DNA of 64,000 nucleotides, from positions 4,800,001 through 4,864,000 of the forward strand of contig CATQHZ020000001.1 of NCBI GenBank assembly GCA_958296135.2, in the 5' to 3' direction. The first letter of the stretch is position 1. Every line of letters begins with the position of its first letter. The notes beneath the pieces were generated by a model. The model saw only the letters and a program-made list of their open reading frames with translations. It made no database searches and was not told where the DNA came from. Of this stretch, positions 27,811 through 37,995 are shown in pieces. A program made the position numbers and the translations under genes. Origin of the DNA: an uncultured Poribacteria bacterium (GTDB lineage: Bacteria > Poribacteria > WGA-4E > WGA-3G).

Positions 27811-30800
27811 TTATGAACATCCGCTCGTCGAACCGCAATTGGTGCAGCGGTAGCAGACACCACTGCGCATCATCAGCGCGCCACACTCCAAGCACGGCGG
27901 GGCATCGGCGTGCTGCAACGCCACCTGCTTCTCCCGCTCTACCCACGACTCCGTGTCGCCGTTGCTGCCGTGGCCGAACGGATGCAGCTCTTCCGGCGGC
28001 ACCAGTTGTTCATCGTAATCTGTAGCGTCATCGGCCTCCTGCACGTCTTCGGGAAGGAATTCTTTGCCGAGCCACCGGTAGACATAATCCATAATCGATT
28101 TCGCCATCGGGATTTCAGGATTGTTCGTGAAACCGGATGGCTCAAACCGCACATGGCTGAATTTATTGACAAGCGATTCTAACGGCACGCCATATTGCAA
28201 CGCCACCGAGGTTAGAATCGCCACCGCATCCATCAGCCCAGAGATAACCGAACCTTCCTTGTTCATGCGGAGGAAGACTTCCCCCGGCTGGCCATCATCG
28301 TAGAGGCCGACGTGGATGTAACCCTCATGTCCACCGATGCTGAATTTGTGCGCAATAGCATTTCGTTTGTCGGGCAGACGCTTCCGAATCGGACGCTCAG
28401 CAAGCACATTGACAACTTCACTCTCAATGAGCTCAGCAGTTTCACCCTCAGCCGCATCCTGTTGACTCCGAGTAGAAAGGGGTTGGCTGCCTTTGCTGCC
28501 ATCGCGATAAACGGCGAGGCACTTCACGCCACGCTTCCACGCCTCAACGTATAACATCTTAATGTCGTCCACGGTCGCGTCGTTCGGGATATTCACCGTT
28601 TTGGAAATCGCCCCGGAGATGAACGGCTGCACAGCCGCCATCAGCTGCAGGGGTGCCATGTGATTGATATACCGAGTGCCATGTTTGCCAGATTGAACAG
28701 CGCAATCGAACACCGGATAGTGCGCGGGCGACAGATGCGGCGCGCCCTCAACAGTACCCGTGCCACAGATAATTTCCTCAGCCGCCGCAATTTCATTCGG
28801 GCTGTAGCCAATCGCCTTGAGCATGCTAAAGTTGGGCGCTGATGCCGCTTCTGCGCTGATTTCAAGTCGCTCTAAGCACTCTTCGCCAAGGAACCCGGGC
28901 GCGAAAGCAAGATTCAAGTCAAAGGAGCTCGGCAACCTCGCCTCCACCCGCGCAATGTCTTCGTTTGTGAAACCCCTGCGCCGCAGGGACTCCGGATTGA
29001 TATAGGGTGTGCCTTCAAACGTGCCTGTTCCGATGAGATGCGTGATAATCGCCTCGGTCTGCTGCAGCGAATAGCCCAATTTCTCCAATGCCTTTCGGAC
29101 ACTCTGGTTGACAATTTTCATGTAGCCGCCGCCCGCCAACTTTTTAAACTTGACGAGTGCGAATTCGGGCTCAATCCCTGTCGTATCGCAATCCATCAAA
29201 AGCGCGATAGTGCCGGTAGGCGCGATAACGCTGATCTGGGCGTTCCGATACCCCCACGCTTCGCCTATCTCAAGGCATCCGTCCCAGCCGGCCTGCGCCG
29301 CTTCCAAAAGCGCCACCGGACACGCCGCCGCGTCAATCTGATACGCGGCTTCACGGTGCATACCGATGACGGCTAACATCGATTCCCGATTTTCAGCGTA
29401 GCCCGCGAAAGGCCCGATGCTCTTGGCGATTTCCGCGCTGGTATGATAGCCGTGCCCACTCAGAATGGCGGAGATTGCACCGGCGTACGCGCGCGCCTCG
29501 GCACTATCGTAAGAGATGCCCAAGCGCATCAGGAGCGCGCCGAGATTCGCGAACCCAAGGCCGAGTGGACGATATTCGTGCGAACGCCGCGCGATGCTCT
29601 CGGTAGGATAGGCAGAAAAATCGACGATAATCTCCATGGCGGTGGCAAAAACGCGCACGGCGGCACGGAGGCCTGCAACGTCAAATGTGTCCGCTTCATC
29701 AAGAAATTTGACGAGGTTGATGCTGGCCAGGTTGCAAGCGGAATCATCAAGAAATAAATATTCACTGCACGGATTGCTGGCGTTAATCCGTCCGGTCTGC
29801 TTGCAGGTGTGCCACTTCTGAATCGTATCGTCAAACTGCACACCCGGGTCGGCGCATCCCCAGGCGGCGTGTGCGATTTTATCCATCAGCGCTCTGGCAT
29901 CATATTCGGCGGCGACTTCGCCACTAGTGCGATACGTCGTCTTCCACGAATCACCCTGGAGATAGGCGTTCATGAATATATCCGGAATTCGGACAGAATT
30001 GTTGCTGTTCTGCCCGCTGATAGTGCCGTATGCCTCGCCGTTGAAGTCTGCAGGGTATCCGGCGGCGATGAGTGCCTTCGCCTTCTGTTCCTCCTTGAAT
30101 TTCCAGTCAATATAGTCAACAATCTCCGGATGCTCCATGTCAAGGATAACCATTTTCGCGGCGCGGCGCGTTGTGCCACCCGATTTGATGCTCCCTGCCC
30201 ACCGGTCGAATCCCTCTAAGAAGGAGAGCACCCCGGAACTCTCACCGCCGCTGGAGAGATGTTCGCCTTTGGCGCGCACTTTGCTGAAATTCGAGCCGGT
30301 GCCGCTGCCGTATTTAAAGAGCCGCACCTCCGATTTTTGGAGCTCCAGCATAGAATCCAAGGAGTCGTCAACGCTCTGAATGAAACACGCCGAATTTTGC
30401 GGATGTTGATACGCGTTGGTGGAAACTGCCACTTTCTGCGCAGTGGTATCCCAATAATAATTCCCGCCGCCGCCCTCAATGCCATATTCATGCCAGAGGC
30501 CACAGTTGAACCACACAGGCGAGTTAAAGGCACCGCGCTGTGTCACGAGGAGATGGGTAAGCTCCATCTCAAACGTCTCGGCATCTTCGCGTGTGGCGAA
30601 GTAGCCGCCGAATTCTTCACCGCTGCGGCGAAGCGTGCGAGCGACGCGCGTGACTAACTGACGGACGCTGTTCTCCGAGCCGGTACCAGGAACACCCGCC
30701 TTGCGAAAATATTTAGACGCAGCAATATCCGTTGCGAGTTGGCTCCACGGTTTCGGCACTTCCACCTGCCCCATCTGAAAGATGGCTTCGCCTTTCTCGT

Positions 30801-30915
30801 TGTAGATGGCAGCATCACGCTTTTCCCATTCAACCTGCTCGTACGGATGAACGCCGGGCGTTGTAAAGTAGCGTGTGAAGGTGAGGCCATCCCCGTCGCC
30901 CACCTGATTTCTCAT
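27811..30915 (-). CDS. nrdJ: Adenosylcobalamin-dependent (class II) ribonucleotide reductase with C-terminal TSCPD/Zn-ribbon
   Basis: FNSPVWFN, SACFI, GGTTRRAAKM, SNPCSEY, APTGT, GAISKT, C-terminal CxxC...CxxC. Confidence 0.95.
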   Translation of the reverse strand: MRNQVGDGDGLTFTRYFTTPGVHPYEQVEWEKRDAAIYNEKGEAIFQMGQVEVPKPWSQLATDIAASKYFRKAGVPGTGSENSVRQLVTRVARTLRRSGEEFGGYFATREDAETFEMELTHLLVTQRGAFNSPVWFNCGLWHEYGIEGGGGNYYWDTTAQKVAVSTNAYQHPQNSACFIQSVDDSLDSMLELQKSEVRLFKYGSGTGSNFSKVRAKGEHLSSGGESSGVLSFLEGFDRWAGSIKSGGTTRRAAKMVILDMEHPEIVDYIDWKFKEEQKAKALIAAGYPADFNGEAYGTISGQNSNNSVRIPDIFMNAYLQGDSWKTTYRTSGEVAAEYDARALMDKIAHAAWGCADPGVQFDDTIQKWHTCKQTGRINASNPCSEYLFLDDSACNLASINLVKFLDEADTFDVAGLRAAVRVFATAMEIIVDFSAYPTESIARRSHEYRPLGLGFANLGALLMRLGISYDSAEARAYAGAISAILSGHGYHTSAEIAKSIGPFAGYAENRESMLAVIGMHREAAYQIDAAACPVALLEAAQAGWDGCLEIGEAWGYRNAQISVIAPTGTIALLMDCDTTGIEPEFALVKFKKLAGGGYMKIVNQSVRKALEKLGYSLQQTEAIITHLIGTGTFEGTPYINPESLRRRGFTNEDIARVEARLPSSFDLNLAFAPGFLGEECLERLEISAEAASAPNFSMLKAIGYSPNEIAAAEEIICGTGTVEGAPHLSPAHYPVFDCAVQSGKHGTRYINHMAPLQLMAAVQPFISGAISKTVNIPNDATVDDIKMLYVEAWKRGVKCLAVYRDGSKGSQPLSTRSQQDAAEGETAELIESEVVNVLAERPIRKRLPDKRNAIAHKFSIGGHEGYIHVGLYDDGQPGEVFLRMNKEGSVISGLMDAVAILTSVALQYGVPLESLVNKFSHVRFEPSGFTNNPEIPMAKSIMDYVYRWLGKEFLPEDVQEADDATDYDEQLVPPEELHPFGHGSNGDTESWVEREKQVALQHADAPPCLECGALMMRSGVCYRCTNCGSTSGCS

Positions 30916-31074
30916 AAGTTTTCCCCTCTCATCAATTGTTTTCGATTGTCTCAAAAAAACATAGTAACGTCATATCGGATACTATGATACCAAAAAAAGC
31001 AGATTATTGCAAGAGGAATTTTGCCCACATATTTTTTCTTGACATCGCAATGTCAATTCTGTTATGATAACAAC

Positions 31075-31395
31075 ATGCGACAATTAAGCCTCAACCGCAA
31101 CAGCAAGCCGGTCCGAGAATACTACGCCACGCTGCAACAATACGATGCCTCGGCGCACGCGCTGACTTTTGGTGCCTGGCCACGGATGTTATCCCGAACA
31201 ACTGCCTCATTACAACCGATCCAAATCACTGCTTCCCCTTCTACATTTACGATGAAGACAGCACCAACCGCGGCGAGAACATCACCGACTGGGCAGTGGA
31301 GCGGCATTGTTGAGTTGCTCGGGCGCATTATCACCGTCAGCATAGAGACAGTGCGGCTGGTTGAGAGTTTGTCGGCACTCCATTCGCCGTTATAG
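31075..31395 (+). pseudogene. Heavily deleted remnant of a Type ISP/IIG-like restriction-modification gene
   Basis: N-terminal MRQLSLNRNSKPVREYY; shifted frame CFPFYIYDEDSTNRGENITDWA; C-terminal IVELLGRIITVSIETVRLVESL; TTGACA promoter at 31039. Confidence 0.65.
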
Positions 31396-31473
31396 TTCCG
31401 CAGGCGGAACATCCTTCAAGCAATCAAGACCGGGGGGGTTTCTCCTACAAGGAGACATTATTCAAACAAAAAC

Positions 31474-32847
31474 ATGAAAAACGCCCGGGGCGATCTAACA
31501 CAAGGCAATCTCCTAAAACACCTCTTGCGGCTCGCGGTGCCGTTAACGCTGAGCAATATCCTGCAAGATGCCTTTAACATCGTGGATATGATTTTCGTTG
31601 GGAGATTAGGCCCCGCGTCCATCGCCGCGGTCGGCGTGAGTGGCAATTTGCTGCGGCTTGTCAGCGTTATCTCACTCGGCATCTCCACGGGGAGTGGGGT
31701 AATGGTGGCGCAGTATCTCGGCGCGAAGAACCGTGCGCAGGCGGAGCATGTCGCGATGCAGGCGATTCTACTCTCCATCTTCTTCTCCATCGGCATCGCG
31801 CTCATCGGCTATCCACTCGCGGAGCAAGGGTTACTCACCGTCCGCATGACAGACCCGGAGGTGTTACGCCTCGGCACAACCTACATGCATATCATTCTCA
31901 TCGGGAGCAGCGCGATGTTTTTGTCAATGACACTCGGTTCTATCTTTCGCGCCGGTGGCGACGCGGTCACGCCGATGGTGGTGCTGATTTTCTCAACAGT
32001 TATCAACATCACGTTGGATCCGCTGCTGATTTTCGGGATATGGAAATTTCCGAAACTGGGAGTGGCAGGTTCGGCGTATGCGACGCTCATCGGCAGAGGC
32101 CTCGGCGTGAGTGTCTTGCTCTATCTCTGTTGGAGCGGCCGCGCGCCGCTCTCGCTGCGCAACGTCGAATTCCGCGCGGATTTGGTAGAAATGCTTGACA
32201 TTTTACGGCTCGGCATTTATAGTTCAATGCAGGGGTTCTGGCGGCATCTGTCCCGCCTCGGGTTCCTGTGGGTAATCGGGCCGTTTGGAAAGAACGTCGT
32301 CGCGGCGTATACGATTTGCATGCGGCTTCGGATTCTGGTGATGACCCCGGGGTTTGGCATCTCACACGCCGTATTACCGATGGTGGGACAGAATCTCGGC
32401 GCGAACCAGATAGAACGCGCAGCAAAATCAACGCGGGTTGCGAACCTGGTTGGCGCGGCAGTGATGACGCTCATCGGCGCGATGTTCCTCTTTTTCCCGC
32501 AGGTATTCATTCGGATTTTCGCGCCAGATGAACCGGACGTTGTGGACATCGGCGCGGTTTATTTACAATTTTTATCACCCACGTTCGGCTTTATCGCTTT
32601 TTCATTGGTGTTCGGACGTGCCTTAAACGGTGCAGGCGATACGTTCTCGCCGATGATAATTACGCTGGCGGCGCAAATCGGTGTCGGGTTAGGGCTCGTC
32701 ATCGTGTTATCGCACTTCATCGGCTTGAACGGCGTGTGGCTCGGCATCGCGCTCTCCAATGTTGTGCAAGGCATCGCCATGTGGCTCTGGTATCGCACCG
32801 GCAGATGGAAGACAAAACGCGTTGTGAAAAAAAGTAGGAGAAACTAG
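31474..32847 (+). CDS. MATE family efflux transporter
   Basis: DLTQG, D.IFVGRLG, RAGGDAVTPM, NITLDPLLIFG, GQNLGA, GAGDT. Confidence 0.95.
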   Translation: MKNARGDLTQGNLLKHLLRLAVPLTLSNILQDAFNIVDMIFVGRLGPASIAAVGVSGNLLRLVSVISLGISTGSGVMVAQYLGAKNRAQAEHVAMQAILLSIFFSIGIALIGYPLAEQGLLTVRMTDPEVLRLGTTYMHIILIGSSAMFLSMTLGSIFRAGGDAVTPMVVLIFSTVINITLDPLLIFGIWKFPKLGVAGSAYATLIGRGLGVSVLLYLCWSGRAPLSLRNVEFRADLVEMLDILRLGIYSSMQGFWRHLSRLGFLWVIGPFGKNVVAAYTICMRLRILVMTPGFGISHAVLPMVGQNLGANQIERAAKSTRVANLVGAAVMTLIGAMFLFFPQVFIRIFAPDEPDVVDIGAVYLQFLSPTFGFIAFSLVFGRALNGAGDTFSPMIITLAAQIGVGLGLVIVLSHFIGLNGVWLGIALSNVVQGIAMWLWYRTGRWKTKRVVKKSRRN

Positions 32848-32849
32848 CA

Positions 32850-33680
32850 ATGGCTTACAAAGGCTACGAAAACCCTCAACTGGTAATCACCGCTGAGGCG
32901 TTGAAAGACGAACTAGACAAGGAGACGTTCTGTATCGTCGATACACGGCCGACGTATGAATATATCCGCGGGCATATCCCCGGGGCACTGCACTTGGATC
33001 TGTTCGGGTTGAGTCTCACGGACACCCGCATGGAGACGTTTGATACCTTTATGGGGATGATGGCGTACCTGTTTCAGCAGCGCGGACTAGACCCGAGGAA
33101 ACCCATCGTCTGGTATGAGGACATTTCTGGGACTCGTGCCTCACGCGGCTTCTGGTTCTGTGAATACATGGGCCATACTGAGCCGCGGCTGTTAGATGGC
33201 GGTTTCAAGGCGTGGCTTGCAGCAGAGGGCCCCGTCAGTACGGCCGGTGCAGAACCGTCGGAAGTGCCGCCGTTTCCTATCCTTGCACGGCACGATACGC
33301 ACATGAACGTAGATCTGATCCGGCTGCTGCTGAACCGGGACGATTTTATCCCGTTGGATACGCGCACGCCGGATGAACACTACGGCAGAGTGGCGCGTGC
33401 CGCACGCGCCGGTGCCATCCCCGGCTCCATCCATATCGAGTGGCTCGACAACCTTGACGAAAAGGGCGCATTCAAACCAGCCGATGAACTCCGGGAGATG
33501 TACGAGGCAGTCGGCATCTCACCGGACAAGCAGGTAATGTGCTACTGACAGGGCGGCTACCGCTCTTCACAGTCCTATTTGGCGTTGCGGCTTTTGGGCT
33601 ACCCGAAAGTGAGCAACTACATCGGTTCGTGGAAAGAGTGGGGAGACCGGCTGGATTTGCCGGTCGAAGTTCCGGAGTAA
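32850..33680 (+). CDS. Two-domain rhodanese/sulfurtransferase with in-frame UGA (33546-33548) at the catalytic Cys position; probable selenoprotein
   Basis: GHIPGA, LDGG, DTRT, GAIPGS; the frame continues after TGA as [32 protein letters not shown] to TAA at 33680. Confidence 0.85.
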
Positions 33681-33694
33681 TTTCGTTGCGAATC

Positions 33695-33726
33695 TGTAAG
33701 GACGGATATAGACATCCGTCCTTACA
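33695..33726. terminator. Strong hairpin (terminator or REP-like) after the rhodanese gene
   Basis: tgtaaggacggat-atagac-atccgtccttaca perfect 13-bp stem. Confidence 0.55.
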
Positions 33727-33740
33727 ACAGCCGCCTTACA

Positions 33741-33770
33741 TTGACATCTGCTCAGAATTTATGATAAAAT
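33741..33770 (+). promoter_or_regulatory. sigma70 promoter
   Basis: TTGACA-18bp-TAAAAT with extended TG. Confidence 0.55.
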
Positions 33771-33831
33771 GTTGACAACAGATAGAAGATTCCCTAACAT
33801 TTGTGGGTTACTTAAAAAAAGGACTATCTTC

Positions 33832-34296
33832 ATGCCAGCAGAACGTCAATCGCTAATTAGTGTCAAAGACGTAGAAACCGCTATCGTTCATTTCGGAATA
33901 ATGGAGTCGATTTATCCCTTTCTTGTCATCGGATACGTTCTCATAAAAGGCGGGCACACGCCGCTTGAGACGCTGTTCCTCATTCTGAGGCATTTTCCGA
34001 CAGGCATGCAAATTGGGATAGGGCTCATCATCTTCAAGGAGGCAGTAGACATCATGCTATTCAGACGTTGGAGTGAAGCCAAAGCCGAATTTGCCGCACG
34101 CATCGAACAAGCAAAAACCGAAGGCAAAGCCGAAGGCAAAGCTGAAGGCAAAGCTGAAGGCAAAGCTGAAGGCAAAGCTGAAGGCAAAGCTGAAGGCGTT
34201 GCGGAACGGGACCGGCAGTGGGCGGCGTGGAATAACCGTCGCACAGCAGCGGAAGCGAAGGGCGAACCGTTTAACGAACCGCCACCGCATCCATAA
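33832..34296 (+). CDS. Membrane protein with (EGKA)n repeat and C-terminal WAAWNNRR..GEPFNEPPP module; internal start at 34054
   Basis: Hydrophobic N-terminus; internal AAGGAGG (34036-34042) before in-frame ATG; motif shared with 9-347 and 6394-7339. Confidence 0.75.
   Translation: MPAERQSLISVKDVETAIVHFGIMESIYPFLVIGYVLIKGGHTPLETLFLILRHFPTGMQIGIGLIIFKEAVDIMLFRRWSEAKAEFAARIEQAKTEGKAEGKAEGKAEGKAEGKAEGKAEGVAERDRQWAAWNNRRTAAEAKGEPFNEPPPHP
34120..34197 (+). repeat. 12-bp in-frame tandem repeat (gaaggcaaagcY) x6.5
   Basis: Encodes EGKA x6 + EG. Confidence 0.95.
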
Positions 34297-34386
34297 CGAA
34301 CACGGCGACGCACGCGATGTGAAGAGAACGGGGACACTGCCCCCGTTCTCTCTTGCGAAGCCCTCCCGCGGCTCTGCCTATCGTCT

Positions 34387-35589
34387 CTAAAAAAACTGTG
34401 CCGCCACTGTCTCACCCGCTTGTAACGTCACGCCCTTAGGAATCGTAATCAACCCGTTCGCTAGCACCAACGAATGGAGGATACCTGAACCTTGCGGGCC
34501 TGTCGTTCTCGCGTTCCATTCTCCATCTTCTTCGGTGAGGATAGCGCGCATATAGTTCACACGTCCATCGCTGTTGGCGACATCTTCGGCGAGCGTCGCC
34601 TTGAAAGTAGGACGCAACAACGCCGAATGCCCCGCCATCTTCAGCAGCGCAGGGCGCACGAAGAGTTCAAACACAACGAGCGAGGAGACCGGATTACCAG
34701 GCAACCCAAAAATCGGTTTTCCATCAGCGATGCCGTATGCCTGCGGTTTGCCCGGTTTCATTGCAACGCGCCAGAAGTGAATCTCACCCAATCTCTCCAA
34801 GACACTTTTGACGACATCGTATTCTCCCACCGAAACGCCGCCGCTGGTGATGAGCGCATCTGCCTGTGAAAGCGCGGCACGGAAAATCCGTTCTGTCTCC
34901 GCCTCGTCATCAGGCGCGATGCCCATGTCAATCGGGACACCGCCCGCCTCCTCAACCTGCGCATAGATGCCGTAGCGGTTGCTATCTCGGATTTTTCCCG
35001 GCTCAAGCGGTTCACCGAGTCGCGTGAGCTCATCGCCGGTTGAGACGATAGCGACGGTAGGCTTCCGATGCACCTTCACCGCCGAACAATTGAGAGAAGC
35101 AAGCATAGAAATTTCGGGGGGACGGAGATGTTTCCCCGGTTCCATCACAAGCGCGCCCCGCGTGACACTCTCCCCAGCGAAACGAACGTTTTCGTTTTCG
35201 TCCACGCCTTCAAAGATGTTGACACCCCCGTTTTGGGGGCGCGTTACCTCTTGCATGACGACAGCATCCGCGCCACTCGGCATCATCGCCCCGGTCATAA
35301 TGCGCGCCGCTTGCCCGCTACCGACAGGTTTTGTCGGCGCATCTCCTGCAGCGAGTGTCTCGACAATAGAGAGGACAGCCGGACGCGCCTCGGACGCGCC
35401 TATCACATCAGCGGATTGGACAGCGAATCCGTCCATCGCCGAATTATCAAACGGCGGGATGTCTTCGGCGGCATAGAGTGCTTCGGCCAACACATATCCA
35501 TGGCAGTCAAGGATGTCGCGTTTCTCTATAGGCAAAACGGGAATAGTGGCGAGCATCCGTTGGCGTGCTTCTTCAACAGTAAGCATCAT
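34387..35589 (-). CDS. moeA: Molybdopterin molybdotransferase
   Basis: PPFDNSAMDGFA, IMTGA, STGDEL, TSGGVSVG, KPGKP, GLPGNP. Confidence 0.96.
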   Translation of the reverse strand: MMLTVEEARQRMLATIPVLPIEKRDILDCHGYVLAEALYAAEDIPPFDNSAMDGFAVQSADVIGASEARPAVLSIVETLAAGDAPTKPVGSGQAARIMTGAMMPSGADAVVMQEVTRPQNGGVNIFEGVDENENVRFAGESVTRGALVMEPGKHLRPPEISMLASLNCSAVKVHRKPTVAIVSTGDELTRLGEPLEPGKIRDSNRYGIYAQVEEAGGVPIDMGIAPDDEAETERIFRAALSQADALITSGGVSVGEYDVVKSVLERLGEIHFWRVAMKPGKPQAYGIADGKPIFGLPGNPVSSLVVFELFVRPALLKMAGHSALLRPTFKATLAEDVANSDGRVNYMRAILTEEDGEWNARTTGPQGSGILHSLVLANGLITIPKGVTLQAGETVAAQFF

Positions 35590-35660
35590 GATTTTCCTCC
35601 TACCTCCCACAAGAGCACGAGGCACAGGCACTCGCGCCCCGGTGGAGAGGCAGCAATTGG

Positions 35661-36182
35661 CTAACGCCCTACCTCCCATGCCAAATGTTGGAGCTCCGGC
35701 CCGATGAGTTTCTCCCATGCCAACTGCACAGCAGCAGTAGAACCCGGCGTGGAGATAACCACCTTGCCGCGATAGACACCCGCTGTCGCGCGTGAAAGCA
35801 TGGCAGCGGCTCCAACCTGTTCATAACTGAACATCCGGAACAGTTCGCCGAAGCCAGGCAGCGTCTTCTCCAACTTGCGGTTGAGAACATCAAACGTCGT
35901 GTCGCGCGGTGCGATGCCGGTACCGCCGTTGAATAAAATGACGCGCGCATCGCTGGCCGCCATCTCATCTAAAACCGATGCTACCTGAGCCGGTTCATCT
36001 TTGATAATCTGGTATGCAACCACGCTGTTCCCTTCCGCCGATAACTGTTCTCGTAGAAAGACAGCGTTCTTGTCCGTCTCCGGCGTGCGCGTATCGCTGA
36101 CGGTGACAATCGCGACAGCGACGGCTCCCTGTTCGGTTGCCATGTCTCGATGTTGTTGTGTGCTAGTAGAACCTGTTGTCAT
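35661..36182 (-). CDS. moaB: Molybdenum cofactor biosynthesis protein MoaB/MogA
   Basis: [36 protein letters not shown]. Confidence 0.92.
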   Translation of the reverse strand: MTTGSTSTQQHRDMATEQGAVAVAIVTVSDTRTPETDKNAVFLREQLSAEGNSVVAYQIIKDEPAQVASVLDEMAASDARVILFNGGTGIAPRDTTFDVLNRKLEKTLPGFGELFRMFSYEQVGAAAMLSRATAGVYRGKVVISTPGSTAAVQLAWEKLIGPELQHLAWEVGR

Positions 36183-36279
36183 TGTTAATTCCTTCTGTTC
36201 CTTTGAACCTACACAAATCGAGACAAGAGCAGAGATAACGTCTATTGCGTTACCATCTCTACCGTGTGGTTTGCAGCGA

Positions 36280-37833
36280 TTATCTCGCTGGAGGAACCCT
36301 CAAAGCACGTGACATTTCCGCTATGAAAATACCGCGTGCGCCGTTTAAATCCCTGTCACACCGATGACCGTCTGCATCAGTAATCACCTTCGCACCGCCG
36401 AGGTTCTCGACAATGTTACCTGTCCAGCTAATCGTCTTTGACGTATATGCTTCATTGGCATCAACTACAAGAACGCCATATTCCTTCGCCTTTTGCTTCA
36501 GGAACATTTTGAACTGGTAATGCGATAACGTGAGCATTTGTCGGACAGACTTTTTACGGAGCTTCCTCGCACCACGCCGTGTCATCTGCTTTGTTTCAAA
36601 CGTCGGCAGCAGGATAACGTCGTAAGTATTGACAAGGAAGTGTGCAACTTTCTTGTGTAGTTCCTTCACAAGATTACGGATGTTTACCTGAATCTTCTGT
36701 GCGCATTTTCGCAAGGTGCGCCGTAGCGGACGCTTTACTTGTGTTGCGCGGGAGTAGAGATCATCTGCATGTTGGCAGAGCCTCTGGATACGATTAATTG
36801 CATGATGTCCGAGCCAGCCGAACGCCGTTTCAGAAAACATTGTCATGAACGTCCGAACGCCAGGGTCGAGTGCTACGATATGTCCGCTTGAGTCTCGCGG
36901 TTTTGTTTTCTCGATGTAGCTGACGTTCATATAAAACCTGTCATGTTCCATGACGATGCGACTCTCTTTTACCTCAGATTCATGGTCACGTTCCGCCTTC
37001 TTGCCAGGACCTTGCGGCTTCGCTGGGAGCGTTTCTGTCATCTTCATTTCACCGAGTAAGCGGACATAAAAACCATGAGTTTTGATGAACTGCGCACACA
37101 GGTAAAACGACTTCGTGGTGTTCTTCTTCCTGCGGAACTTTACGCATTGCGGTTCACCTGTTTCCTTCCACTTTCGCCGTGCTGCAGTCACCGCTTTCTG
37201 TGCATCCATCACTGCACCGACACGGATATGTCGAGGACAATTCGATGTCCACTCAGGCAGTGTTTTTAGCAAGTCAGGCGCATAAACCTTGCGTCCTTTA
37301 TTGAATTGCTTCACCGCCTCGTTGTAGACGTAACGTGAGATACCTTCCCACCTACGGAGTCTCGCTTTCTGTGCCGTTGTGGGTAAGATTTCGATCTGCT
37401 TTGATTTCGTCACGGTAGCGTCGGAGTCCATACATCCGTGAGGAAAAGACGTGGAGAATCTCCAGCAAATCGGAAGTAAGTTCCTGTTCGGGACTGTGAG
37501 GAGTTTGGTTGAGAACCACGACTTCTCCACCGTTTTGCTCGATAAGATATCGAATGACTTCGCTGCCGAAGCGGGCGAGTCTATCCCGATGGGCGACCAC
37601 AACGCGGCGTTGATCACCGCACAGGACTCTGTCCAATATCCGCTGGAGTCCTTTTCGCTTGAAGTTGATGCCACTGCCGAAGTCTTCAATGACTTCCGCA
37701 TCTGGGAACTTTTCCTGCATGTAGGCGACTTGCGAGGCGAGGGCGTCCGCCTGCGCTTTTCCGCTGACACGGAAACCGAAGCAAATGGTAGAAATGTCTG
37801 GTTGACGTTGAGCATCAACAAACTTTTGGACAT
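36280..37833 (-). CDS. tnpB: RNA-guided endonuclease TnpB, Fanzor-like RuvC arrangement (start uncertain: 37833 or 37431)
   Basis: ALDPGVRTF (RuvC-I), ILLPTF at the canonical Glu position, NEAYTSKT (shifted Glu), [10 protein letters not shown] (RuvC-III). Confidence 0.88.
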   Translation of the reverse strand: MSKSLLMLNVNQTFLPFASVSVSAEKRRRTPSPRKSPTCRKSSQMRKSLKTSAVASTSSEKDSSGYWTESCAVINAALWSPIGIDSPASAAKSFDILSSKTVEKSWFSTKLLTVPNRNLLPICWRFSTSFPHGCMDSDATVTKSKQIEILPTTAQKARLRRWEGISRYVYNEAVKQFNKGRKVYAPDLLKTLPEWTSNCPRHIRVGAVMDAQKAVTAARRKWKETGEPQCVKFRRKKNTTKSFYLCAQFIKTHGFYVRLLGEMKMTETLPAKPQGPGKKAERDHESEVKESRIVMEHDRFYMNVSYIEKTKPRDSSGHIVALDPGVRTFMTMFSETAFGWLGHHAINRIQRLCQHADDLYSRATQVKRPLRRTLRKCAQKIQVNIRNLVKELHKKVAHFLVNTYDVILLPTFETKQMTRRGARKLRKKSVRQMLTLSHYQFKMFLKQKAKEYGVLVVDANEAYTSKTISWTGNIVENLGGAKVITDADGHRCDRDLNGARGIFIAEMSRALRVPPAR

Positions 37834-37960
37834 CGTAACGCCGATGACCGCCTCCAGTGCGCACGCAGTCGATTTCGCCGCGTGCTTCCATCCTGCGAAG
37901 GTGCTCGATGGAAATATCCAACACCTGCGCAGCGTTTTGTGGTGACATTAGGTTATTCAT
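37352..37960 (-). CDS. tnpA: IS607 serine recombinase transposase
   Basis: MerR-like HTH (RTGGGHRRY), RVSG catalytic Ser, [27 protein letters not shown]. Confidence 0.92.
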   Translation of the reverse strand: MNNLMSPQNAAQVLDISIEHLRRMEARGEIDCVRTGGGHRRYDVQKFVDAQRQPDISTICFGFRVSGKAQADALASQVAYMQEKFPDAEVIEDFGSGINFKRKGLQRILDRVLCGDQRRVVVAHRDRLARFGSEVIRYLIEQNGGEVVVLNQTPHSPEQELTSDLLEILHVFSSRMYGLRRYRDEIKADRNLTHNGTESETP

Positions 37961-37966
37961 ACCTAC

Positions 37967-37995
37967 ATTATCCCACATTTATTCCGCTTTGTCAA
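37967..37995 (-). promoter_or_regulatory. sigma70 promoter of IS607 tnpA (near-leaderless)
   Basis: TTGACA-17bp-GATAAT, 6 nt before ATG 37960. Confidence 0.6.

Noticed and set aside
27811-31020. Intein in NrdJ or a cobalamin riboswitch/NrdR box upstream
   Set aside because: The catalytic motifs are contiguous with no splice-junction motifs, and the short AT-rich upstream region shows no convincing riboswitch or NrdR consensus.
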